NCBI GenBank assembly: GCA_965248055.1 | Contig: CBDFIJ010000004.1 | Location: 2,432,001 to 2,496,000 of the forward strand | DNA length: 64,000 bases | Source: Candidatus Multivoradales bacterium | GTDB taxonomy: Bacteria; Acidobacteriota; Thermoanaerobaculia; Multivoradales; JAHEKO01 | Direction of reading: 5' to 3' | In this document: one piece after another, positions 37,596 through 46,129 of the stretch | Position numbering within the stretch: position 1 is the stretch's first letter | Layout of the letters: the number at the start of each line of letters is the position of its first letter | Position numbers and translations under genes: made by a program | The notes under the pieces: generated by a model | The model's database searches: none | Told to the model about the DNA's origin: nothing | What the model saw: only the letters and a program-made list of their open reading frames with translations

Positions 37596-38141
37596 ATGAA
37601 GTGGATAACCCAATGCAAAACACAGTCTGGTGATCGGCAAGAAACTGTCGAAGTAGGGATTCTTGGCGATCCCCCCTTGAAGGTCACTGTGGGTAGGCAA
37701 GAATTGGAGATCGATCTGGTTGGCGGTAGCAACAACGGTCGGCTAACGAGCGTCTACAGCGCTATCGTCGACGGTCAGCAGACAGAAATCGGAGCGACCA
37801 GAGTGGCGCTGGATCGCTATGCGATTTCGATCAATGGCCGAAATTTGGAGGTTTTGGTGAACGATCAACTGACCATCTTGGCCCGTCGAGGTGAGGCCAA
37901 GAAGGGAGGTCGTGGCAACGGACTGGTGAGTGCCTACATGCCAGGAAAGGTGGTCGCGGTACTGGTGTCGGAAGGCGAGGCTGTGGTCGTTGGCCAGGGC
38001 GTCGTGGTCTTGGAAGCGATGAAAATGGAGAACGAAATCCAAGCTGAGATCGATGGAGTGCTAGCCAAGATCCACGTCAAACCGGGTCAACCGGTGGAGG
38101 GCAATGACCCACTGTTTGAGATTCATCCTCCGAACGAATGA
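37596..38141 (+). CDS. biotin carboxyl carrier protein
   Basis: MPGKVV..LEAMKMENEI biotinylation motif. Confidence 0.92.
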   Translation: MKWITQCKTQSGDRQETVEVGILGDPPLKVTVGRQELEIDLVGGSNNGRLTSVYSAIVDGQQTEIGATRVALDRYAISINGRNLEVLVNDQLTILARRGEAKKGGRGNGLVSAYMPGKVVAVLVSEGEAVVVGQGVVVLEAMKMENEIQAEIDGVLAKIHVKPGQPVEGNDPLFEIHPPNE

Positions 38142-38186
38142 GCGTAGGACGCCGAAGGTGCCGCCCAGTTTGCACTGGCTAGCGCT

Positions 38187-39230
38187 CTAGAGGCTGGAAT
38201 CAATCCTGGTCTCAAGCCAACTGAAGAAGGTCGATTCCGGTTGAGACGCTATGCGCATCTCCCACAATGCCCCCTCGATTCGCCCCAGCAATTTGACTGC
38301 GTCCTTGGCGGTAGTCAAGATTGCTTCAGCTCCGGTTTCCTCTTTGACACGCTGAATTTCCTGCAGGCTGGCCTCAGGATAAGCATGGTGATCTCGATAG
38401 GAAAGTGCTGAGACGATATTGGCTCCAGCGTCTTCGGCGTTTGAAAGAAAACCGGCATCGTCGGCGACTGCGCTGACCGCTACCACCTTGGTTCCGGTCG
38501 GGTCCCTGGGTTGCTGATCGGTGACCGAGACCACTTCTGTCGTGCTCGTCGGTGCGACAAATCCAGGACCAGAAAAGCCGCGGGCAGACAGAGCTTCGGC
38601 AAACCGACGACCGTTGGTGACCTTGGCTTCGATGGTCTCCTCATCGCCGGTGACCACCACCGCGTCTGCGTAACGCACTGCGGATAGTGGTTCCCGCAGC
38701 CGCCCAGATGGAACGAGCCTTCCGCCCGCAAACAAACGTCGCGCCGGGAAAGCCAAGATGTCGACATCGCGCGCCAAGCGTAGATGGGAAAAACCGTCAT
38801 CGAGAATAAACAAGGATGGGCTCGGGTCGAGAGCCTCAAGAGCGAAGGTGCCGGCCTGGAAGCGATCTTCTCCGACCACCACCGCAACACCTGGAAGCAT
38901 CCCGGCGAGCAGTACTGGCTCATCCCCCCCCAACCCCGGCCCAACCAAAGGGCCTTGGCCATGACTGACCACACGAATTCCGGGCTTGCTGCGACCGTAG
39001 CCACGGGACAGGATCGCAACTTGATATCCCTGATCCCGAAGGTGACCGGCGACTGCGGCGGTGAGCGGGGTCTTGCCGCTGCCCCCGTAGTGCAAATTGC
39101 CAATGCTGATCACCGGGACGGCCAGGCGCCGACAGCGCTTCTGCCAGTAGCGTCGTCGCCGCTGGAGAACCCAGCCGTACAACAATTGCCACGGTGAGTG
39201 GGATTGAGTCGGGAGTTTGGCGGTAGTCAT
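38187..39230 (-). CDS. lpxK: tetraacyldisaccharide 4'-kinase
   Basis: VISIGN..GGSGKTP, SRGYG, GDEP, LDDGFSH, GRLREP, TTAKDAVK. Confidence 0.96.
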   Translation of the reverse strand: MTTAKLPTQSHSPWQLLYGWVLQRRRRYWQKRCRRLAVPVISIGNLHYGGSGKTPLTAAVAGHLRDQGYQVAILSRGYGRSKPGIRVVSHGQGPLVGPGLGGDEPVLLAGMLPGVAVVVGEDRFQAGTFALEALDPSPSLFILDDGFSHLRLARDVDILAFPARRLFAGGRLVPSGRLREPLSAVRYADAVVVTGDEETIEAKVTNGRRFAEALSARGFSGPGFVAPTSTTEVVSVTDQQPRDPTGTKVVAVSAVADDAGFLSNAEDAGANIVSALSYRDHHAYPEASLQEIQRVKEETGAEAILTTAKDAVKLLGRIEGALWEMRIASQPESTFFSWLETRIDSSL

Positions 39231-40510
39231 CGGGAGTCTTGAGGCGTCTGCCAGCGCGCAATGATTGGCTCCAGAAAGCGCAGAGTATCGGCTAGCGCTC
39301 CGCGTCCTTGCTGCACCAGCCGTTGGGCACGTTCACCAATCTGGGACGCTCGTCGCGGATGATCAAGCCAAGCTTGCCAGGTGTCTCCGAGTTCTTGCGC
39401 GCCGGATACTCGTTTCCAAGCTTCGGTGCGGTCGAATACTTCGGCGATCGTGCGAAAATTCTCCATCGAGGGGCCGACCGCGATCGGTACGCCAAACACC
39501 GCCGGTTCAAGAGGGTTGTGCCCGCCGGTTGGAACCAAGGTTCCGCCGACAAAAGATGCCTGCGCCACACGATACAAACTGGCCAATTCGCCGACCGAAT
39601 CCAGCACCACGATGTCGACGTTCTTAGCCATGGGTTCCTGCTGTGGATCGTCAAGCTGGCTGCGCAGGACGGCCCGGTAGCCTCGTTTTGCGCAGAGCTC
39701 CAAAACCCGGGCTCCTCGTTCGGGATGACGCGGAGCGAGAATCAAAAGAGTCTTTGCGCTCACTTGCTCCAAGGCATCAAGAACAAACTGTTCCTCGCCC
39801 TCCATACACGACCCGGCAATCAAGATCGGGCGTGTACCCGCGAAGCGTTGAATGGCGAATTCGAGAGCAGATTCGGCACTTGGAATCGGCGTGTCGAACT
39901 TCAAATTCCCTGTCACCTCGATCCTTTGGTTGTCAACACCCAGTTGGATAAGGCGGTCCATGTCCTGCTGGCTCTGAACACCAAATCGGCTAATCGACCC
40001 GAAGTAGGCTCGTGTGAGAAATCGCGGCAAGCGCTGAAGACGGCGAAAGGAGCGGTCGCTGATGCGACCGTTGATGACATAGGCCGGTATTTCACGCCGG
40101 CGCAAGGTGGAGAGGAGAAACGGCCAGTAGTCTCCTTCGACGAGCACCAAGGCGACTGGCTGAGCCCAGCGCAGGAATCGCTTGATGGGCAAGAAGAGAT
40201 CAAACGGCAGGTAGCTGAGTTCGATTCGACTCCCCAGAAGTCGTTCGGCGGACCGTTGCCCAGTTGGGGTCACGGTGGTCAGTGTAACCCTTCCCAGGGC
40301 CGGGAGATTTCGCGCCAAAACGGCAGCTACGCCCACTTCTCCCACGGAAACGGCGTGAATCCACAAGGAATTTTTTCCGTCGCTGTCGGTGTTGGGACCG
40401 AGAAAACGGCTTTTTAACGTGGGCACGTAGTATGCACCCCTGGCGAGCAGGAGGAACGGTGCAGAGATGATCAGCAGCACCAGGTAGATTGGTTGATGAA
40501 TCCAACGCAT
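39227..40510 (-). CDS. waaA: Kdo transferase
   Basis: WIHAVSVGE, TGNLKFD, LAPRHPER, GGHNPLEPA; likely ATG at 40510. Confidence 0.95.
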   Translation of the reverse strand: MRWIHQPIYLVLLIISAPFLLLARGAYYVPTLKSRFLGPNTDSDGKNSLWIHAVSVGEVGVAAVLARNLPALGRVTLTTVTPTGQRSAERLLGSRIELSYLPFDLFLPIKRFLRWAQPVALVLVEGDYWPFLLSTLRRREIPAYVINGRISDRSFRRLQRLPRFLTRAYFGSISRFGVQSQQDMDRLIQLGVDNQRIEVTGNLKFDTPIPSAESALEFAIQRFAGTRPILIAGSCMEGEEQFVLDALEQVSAKTLLILAPRHPERGARVLELCAKRGYRAVLRSQLDDPQQEPMAKNVDIVVLDSVGELASLYRVAQASFVGGTLVPTGGHNPLEPAVFGVPIAVGPSMENFRTIAEVFDRTEAWKRVSGAQELGDTWQAWLDHPRRASQIGERAQRLVQQGRGALADTLRFLEPIIARWQTPQDSR

Positions 40511-40572
40511 GTGGGGGACGACAGACACGGCCCGAAGAGGCGGTGTCAGTATAATTCCTCGCGAGGGGTCGA

Positions 40573-41781
40573 ATGCAGTTTGTTTGCCGATTAGGAACCC
40601 CCGACGGACGGGTGGTAGAGGAAGTGCGCGAAGGAGCCAACCTTGCAGCATTGCGCACCGGCCTGGAAAAAACCGGCTACCATGTCTTTGAACTGCAGCC
40701 AGCCAGCATTGGATCGCGACTCCGTTTGCCGCGTTTTCGCTCGAAAATACCGTCCCGCGTGCTGATGATTTTCAATCAAGAGCTCGCTTCGCTACTCGGT
40801 GCCGGTCTACCTTTGGTTGAAGGGTTGGGGATGCTCGCGGCTCGCCAGAAGCACGCTGAGTTCGGCAAGATATTGACGGAGGCTCGGGATCGGATCGAAG
40901 GGGGAGAGAGTCTAGCCTCAGCGATCGAGTCGTTTGGCGAGAAGTTCCCTCCGCTCTACTCCGCGAGTCTGGAAGCGGGCGAGCAAAGCGGTGAGTTGGT
41001 GTCGGTACTCCGTCGTTTTGTTCGTCATCAAAAATTGCTCTTGGACGCCCAAAAGAAAACCGTGTCGGCGCTGGTTTACCCTCTCGTCTTGATTGTCCTG
41101 TCGATGGTCCTGATCGTGGTGATGGTGCTGGTTGTGATTCCCGCTTTTCAAGAGTTTTATGCAAGCTTCGACGATGCCCAATTGCCTTTGATAACCCGCA
41201 TTTTGGTTGGCGTCTCAGGTTGGGCACGGGCTAACTGGTTGATTTGGATTCCAGCAACAATCGCCTCGTTGCTCGCCATTCATCAACTGGGTCGAACCGA
41301 GGGCGGCAAGCGTTGGTGGGATCGGCAGAAGTTGCGTCTACCTCTTGTCGGTCGAGTTCTGCGACTGATTTCGCTTTCGGAATTTTGTCGCTCCTTGGGA
41401 ACCTTGCTCCACGCTGGTATGGCTTTGGTGCCATCTCTGGATACTTCGATTCGATCGGTCGGTAACGCGTGGGTACGGACCAGCATTAGCGGTATCCCTA
41501 AGCAGGTCAGCCAAGGGTCTTCGCTGTACCAGGCGATGGAAAAGACCGGTACCTTTGATGACCTGGCCATCGACATGGTCCAAGTGGGGGAGTCTTCTGG
41601 CGAACTGGCTGGGATGCTATCGACAGTCTCCGATTTTTTTGACGAAGAATCTGAGACCCGCATGGAAAGGGTGCTGAGCTTGGTCGAACCGTTGTTGCTG
41701 GTGTTTATGGGGGTGGTGATCGCGGCGATTTTGGTCGCCGTCTATTTGCCGTTGATCTCGATCGTCGGACAGTTGAACTAG
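40573..41781 (+). CDS. T2SS F / PilC family inner-membrane platform protein
   Basis: AGEQSGEL, ALVYP, VGESSGEL, LVEPLL; TATAAT at 40550-40555 upstream. Confidence 0.93.
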   Translation: MQFVCRLGTPDGRVVEEVREGANLAALRTGLEKTGYHVFELQPASIGSRLRLPRFRSKIPSRVLMIFNQELASLLGAGLPLVEGLGMLAARQKHAEFGKILTEARDRIEGGESLASAIESFGEKFPPLYSASLEAGEQSGELVSVLRRFVRHQKLLLDAQKKTVSALVYPLVLIVLSMVLIVVMVLVVIPAFQEFYASFDDAQLPLITRILVGVSGWARANWLIWIPATIASLLAIHQLGRTEGGKRWWDRQKLRLPLVGRVLRLISLSEFCRSLGTLLHAGMALVPSLDTSIRSVGNAWVRTSISGIPKQVSQGSSLYQAMEKTGTFDDLAIDMVQVGESSGELAGMLSTVSDFFDEESETRMERVLSLVEPLLLVFMGVVIAAILVAVYLPLISIVGQLN

Positions 41782-41807
41782 GGTATCGAAGAACTAGAGG
41801 TATCGAA

Positions 41808-43442
41808 GTGACCACCGAAAGCTCATTGCCCAATCTGGTTGGCCACGGTGTCGAGACGACGCTGTTCGACGAAGCGGTCGAAGCGAAAGCTTTGGCGGCC
41901 CGCTACGACTTGGAGTTTGTCGATGTCGCTGACCTCCACATCGACAATGAATTGTTTCGCAGTGTTCCGCTCGAGTTGATGCTGTCCAATTCGTTTGTGC
42001 CTGAATCGTCGTCAGAGGAAAGCATCACCATTGTGATTGCTGATCCGACCGACGTCACCCGGCTGGATCAGCTTGAGTTATCGCTTGGCAAGCCGGTGGA
42101 CGTCAAGGTTGGAGTCGAGTCGGCGATTCGTGCCGTGTTGCAAAAATCCGAAGGTGCTCAGCAGGTTCTGGACCGAGCTACGGAAGGTTTGCGCCTGGAA
42201 CTGGTGCAGGATGAGGGTGACGGAGAAGATGTTCTTTCGTTGGACCGAATTTCTGCGGATTCAAGTCCGATTATCAAAATGGTGGATTCAACGGTGTTGA
42301 GCGCCATCCAACGGCGGGCCAGCGATATCCATATCGAAACTCGCGCCAGTGAAGTGATCGTCAAGTACCGTATCGACGGAGTTCTCTATCAAGCCATGGA
42401 GGCGATTGACAAGAAGCATCACAGCACCATTATCAGTCGAATTAAGGTGATGTCAGAGCTCGATATCGCCGAGAAACGAGTCCCCCAGGACGGGCGATTT
42501 AGGTTGTTGTTTCAAGGGCGCACAATCGATTTTCGGGTTTCGATCATGCCCTCTGTGCATGGCGAGGACTGCGTGATTCGGATCTTGGACAAAGAGTCGA
42601 TCGACGCCGACTTCAAGAACTTGCGCTTGGATATTTTGGGGTTTGATGGCGACATTTTGGTCAAGATGCGGAAGTTCATTCGTGAGCCGTACGGCATGGT
42701 CTTGGTCACCGGCCCGACTGGTTCGGGAAAGACCACCACTTTGTACGCTTGCCTGTCAGAAATTCAAAGTACCGAAGACAAGATCATCACCATTGAAGAT
42801 CCGGTTGAGTATCAACTGGTCGGGGTAACCCAGATTCCTGTCAACGAAAAGAAAGGACTGACTTTCGCCCGCGGCCTGCGCTCCATTCTTCGCCACGATC
42901 CGGACAAGGTCATGGTTGGTGAGATCCGTGACGAAGAAACCGCTCAGATTGCTATTCAAGCAGCGCTCACGGGTCATTTGGTGTTCACCACGGTACACGC
43001 GAACAACGTGGTCGATGTTCTGGGCCGTTTCTTGAACATGAACGTTGATCTTTATAACTTTGTGTCAGCGTTGAATTGCGTTCTCGCTCAGCGACTGGTT
43101 CGGCGCATCTGTCCTCACTGCAAAGAGGAGGTGGCCGGAGAATCTGCGCTCCTGGTGGAGAGCGGACTGGATCCGCGGGAGTATCTCGATCGGCCGTTCT
43201 TTCAAGGTCGTGGTTGTCTGGAGTGTTCGGGTACTGGCTTTCTGGGGCGTACTGCGATTTCCGAACTACTCGATCTTTCGGACGAAATACGGGAACTCAT
43301 TTTGGATCGTCGCCCAGCGTCAGAGATCAAACGGCGGGCAAAAAAAGAAGGGATGGAGTTTCTGCGTGAGTCAGCGTTGGCGCTCGCAATTTCTGGGGTA
43401 ACTACACTTCGTGAAATCAATAAAGTTACCTTCGTGGACTGA
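41808..43442 (+). CDS. GspE/PilB assembly ATPase
   Basis: ASDIHIE, GPTGSGKTTTLY, EDPVEY, RHDPD..GEIRD, TGHLV, two CxxC. Confidence 0.95.
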   Translation: MTTESSLPNLVGHGVETTLFDEAVEAKALAARYDLEFVDVADLHIDNELFRSVPLELMLSNSFVPESSSEESITIVIADPTDVTRLDQLELSLGKPVDVKVGVESAIRAVLQKSEGAQQVLDRATEGLRLELVQDEGDGEDVLSLDRISADSSPIIKMVDSTVLSAIQRRASDIHIETRASEVIVKYRIDGVLYQAMEAIDKKHHSTIISRIKVMSELDIAEKRVPQDGRFRLLFQGRTIDFRVSIMPSVHGEDCVIRILDKESIDADFKNLRLDILGFDGDILVKMRKFIREPYGMVLVTGPTGSGKTTTLYACLSEIQSTEDKIITIEDPVEYQLVGVTQIPVNEKKGLTFARGLRSILRHDPDKVMVGEIRDEETAQIAIQAALTGHLVFTTVHANNVVDVLGRFLNMNVDLYNFVSALNCVLAQRLVRRICPHCKEEVAGESALLVESGLDPREYLDRPFFQGRGCLECSGTGFLGRTAISELLDLSDEIRELILDRRPASEIKRRAKKEGMEFLRESALALAISGVTTLREINKVTFVD

Positions 43443-44352
43443 CGCCCTCCTGGGATTGGGAGAGATTGCGGTCCCTCCGCACGCTTTTTTTTTGGGGCCG
43501 GAGCGGCTCAGCTATGCCTCATTTCAAGACAGTTCCTCGGGGCGTGCATTGCTGCAAGAGGTGGAGGTGCCCATTTCACCTACTTGGTTTGGCGAGGGGG
43601 TAATCGGTGGGCCGATCCAAGAAGAGGCCGCTTTTCATACAGCCCTTGAGACCTTGATTGGAAAGTTGGTCGAGCCGCCCTCTAGCGCGAGTTTGGTGCT
43701 CCCAGGAGAGTGGATCCGCGCGACCTACCTCAATGTTGATCACACCCCCAAGAAGCGTGCTGAGCTGGATGAAGTTGTTCGGTGGAAGTTGCGCCAAGTT
43801 GTGCCTTTTCGCATCGACGATGTTCGTATATCTCATACCCAGATCGGGGCCGGCGATTCCAATCGATTTCTGGTGGCGTTCGCGATTGATCAATTTTTGC
43901 GGCAATTGGAAAGTGCTTTCAGCGCTCGAGGAATCACGCTCGGGTCGATCCAGCCGATCAGCTTGGCGTTGTTTGAAGTGGTTCCGCATGATGATGGCGT
44001 AGACGCTCTGTTGTGGGCGTCAGATCGAGCCGTCAGTTTGATCGCGCGAGAAGATGGCGATCCAGTGCTGTTGCGTTATCGTCGTATTCGCTCGGCGGAT
44101 TTGAAAGAATCAACCGTGCGGCGAGATCTTCGCCTCAGCCGATCCTGGTCAGAAGAAAACACCAAAAGTGGGATAACCCGGTTGCGAATCGCCGTTCCTA
44201 CCGAAGAGCGAAATCTATTTGAATCGTGGTGTAGGAAAGACCTGGGCGTGGAAACCGTGGAGCACTTGGATTTGTCTCCAAATAATTTGCCACCAGGGTC
44301 TGAGTGGCGCTTGGCACCGCTGCTTGGGGCGGTCAACCGGAGAGTCGCATAG
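43411..44352 (+). CDS. PilM/GspL-like alignment protein
   Basis: Position after the ATPase; soluble; SLVLP..VRWKLRQVVPF pattern. Confidence 0.6.
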   Translation: MKSIKLPSWTDALLGLGEIAVPPHAFFLGPERLSYASFQDSSSGRALLQEVEVPISPTWFGEGVIGGPIQEEAAFHTALETLIGKLVEPPSSASLVLPGEWIRATYLNVDHTPKKRAELDEVVRWKLRQVVPFRIDDVRISHTQIGAGDSNRFLVAFAIDQFLRQLESAFSARGITLGSIQPISLALFEVVPHDDGVDALLWASDRAVSLIAREDGDPVLLRYRRIRSADLKESTVRRDLRLSRSWSEENTKSGITRLRIAVPTEERNLFESWCRKDLGVETVEHLDLSPNNLPPGSEWRLAPLLGAVNRRVA

Positions 44353-44987
44353 TGCTCGGAAAGAGACCCGCGATTAACCTGGCTTCCGGCCCTTTTGAGA
44401 ATCGGCGGCCGATCTCAAGAGTCAAGTGGCTATTTCTGCTTCTCGGTGTGTTGCTATGGGGAGTGGTCGCGGTTAAGTTTTGGGACTATGCAGCCGGGTC
44501 GAGTGAAGAGACGCGAAATCAACTGATGATGGTAGAAGCAGAGATCGCCGAGTTGAGTCAACAATTGGATCAAGCGGAACGTCGACTGCAAGCGGCGGAA
44601 ATTGAACAACGCAACGAGCGCACCATGTTTCTCAACACCAAGCTCGGGGAGCGCGCGTTTCCTTGGAGTCGGCTTTTTCAAGATCTAGCTGCTGCGCAAC
44701 CGCGTGGTGTTCGGCTACGGCGAGTTACGCCCGACGTAGAAGAGTCAGAAGAAGAGTCCGGGTTGCCGAATTTTGCCAAGTTGAGCCTGGATGGGATCGC
44801 TCAAGAGAGAGATATCTGGTACGTCTTTGTCGACAAGTTGTTTGAGCACGAGAGCTTCGTTGCTCCCGAAATGTTATCTGAGAGCGAAGAAGACGAAGGG
44901 GGGACTGATTTTCGCCTCGATGTCCTCTATCGAACTGGATTGGCGGGACCGGGCAGCACAGCTACCACGGAAGGATTGTCCGAGTGA
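44352..44987 (+). CDS. PilN-like protein
   Basis: INLASGPF motif, TM segment, coiled coil, WSRLFQDL..PRGVRL. Confidence 0.75.
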   Translation: MLGKRPAINLASGPFENRRPISRVKWLFLLLGVLLWGVVAVKFWDYAAGSSEETRNQLMMVEAEIAELSQQLDQAERRLQAAEIEQRNERTMFLNTKLGERAFPWSRLFQDLAAAQPRGVRLRRVTPDVEESEEESGLPNFAKLSLDGIAQERDIWYVFVDKLFEHESFVAPEMLSESEEDEGGTDFRLDVLYRTGLAGPGSTATTEGLSE

Positions 44988-45550
44988 GTGCCTGGAGGCG
45001 TCATCGAAGCTCTTGGTTGGGACCGGTGCTGTTTGCGGTTCTGGGGTTGATCGCTCTGGGCAGCTACTACCTAGCGTTTAACGGTAAAGCTCGCGCTCTC
45101 GAAAGGAGACTGGAAAACCACCGGCAGTCGCGCGATGAACTGCATCAACAGTTGCAGATGGTTGCAGAATCTTTGGCGATGATGGACGCGGATGATCAGC
45201 GGATCGAGCAGCTATTCGGAACGATTGAAGATGTGCCCCGTCGTCTGACTCGCTACATTCGCTTGGTTCACCAATTGACCGAACGTTCAGGATTGGAAAT
45301 CTCCGGATCCGTTGGTTTCGGTTCGGAGGAAAATGAAGATTTCGGGCTGGCTGAGCGGACGATGGATTTTGATGTTCGCGGGGACTACGACTCGTTTCGT
45401 AGATTCATCAACATGCTGGAGTTGTCGGAAGAATTCCTGGCGGTTCGAGATGTGCGGGTGCAAGCCGATCGAGACAATCCGAATCAACTGCGGGTGGGAA
45501 TCAGTGTTTCCACCATGTTCGCTGCAGACCCACCGGTGCCCGAGGCATGA
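44984..45550 (+). CDS. PilO-like protein
   Basis: TM segment, coiled coil, GDYDSFRRFINMLE motif. Confidence 0.75.
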   Translation: MSAWRRHRSSWLGPVLFAVLGLIALGSYYLAFNGKARALERRLENHRQSRDELHQQLQMVAESLAMMDADDQRIEQLFGTIEDVPRRLTRYIRLVHQLTERSGLEISGSVGFGSEENEDFGLAERTMDFDVRGDYDSFRRFINMLELSEEFLAVRDVRVQADRDNPNQLRVGISVSTMFAADPPVPEA

Positions 45551-46104
45551 AAAACTGGACTCGTCAGCACTGGTTGGTTGCGGGGTTGGTCTTGCTAATG
45601 GCCTACCTACTCTGGAGTCGCTTGATTGCGCCGGGTTTGGCAACCGAACAAGCGGTAGGGACTTCTAGTGTCCGCCGCAACGCGTGGGCGCCAGAGCAGA
45701 TCGTCGCTTTGAGAGCCGACTTGCTAGAGGTCGACGCTGGGGTCTACAAGAAAGGGCGCAACGTGTTTGCCTATCAGAGTCCGAAGCCAAAACCGAAGCC
45801 GAAGGCAGTGAGACGACCAGCCCCCAAACCAGCCCCGGAACAGTCGAAGAAACAGGAGGTAGTGCCGAAAGGACCTCAAAGGCCACAACTTCCGACATTG
45901 AATATGACGTATCTCGGGAGTTTTGGCCCGCGAAGGCGACCGATTGCTGTTTTTCGCGACGGAGAGGACCTCTACAACGTTAGAGTCGGCGATGTCGTGA
46001 AAGGCGAGTTCGTGCTGGTACAGGTGGGATTTGAATCAGCCGATCTTGGGTATGTCAACTTTCCGACTGAAGAACCGAAGCGCTTGGAGATCACGGGATC
46101 GTAG
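45547..46104 (+). CDS. PilP/GspC-like protein
   Basis: TM segment, RNVF, Pro-rich linker, YLG..AVF..VRVGDVV beta domain. Confidence 0.65.
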   Translation: MKNWTRQHWLVAGLVLLMAYLLWSRLIAPGLATEQAVGTSSVRRNAWAPEQIVALRADLLEVDAGVYKKGRNVFAYQSPKPKPKPKAVRRPAPKPAPEQSKKQEVVPKGPQRPQLPTLNMTYLGSFGPRRRPIAVFRDGEDLYNVRVGDVVKGEFVLVQVGFESADLGYVNFPTEEPKRLEITGS

Positions 46105-46129
46105 AATCCATTTATTGGGAACCGAGATA

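Noticed and set aside
41775-41807. Tandem GAACTAG(A)GGTATCGAA duplication between the pilC-like and pilB-like genes
   Set aside because: Real, but only two short copies; most simply a slippage duplication around the stop codon and RBS.
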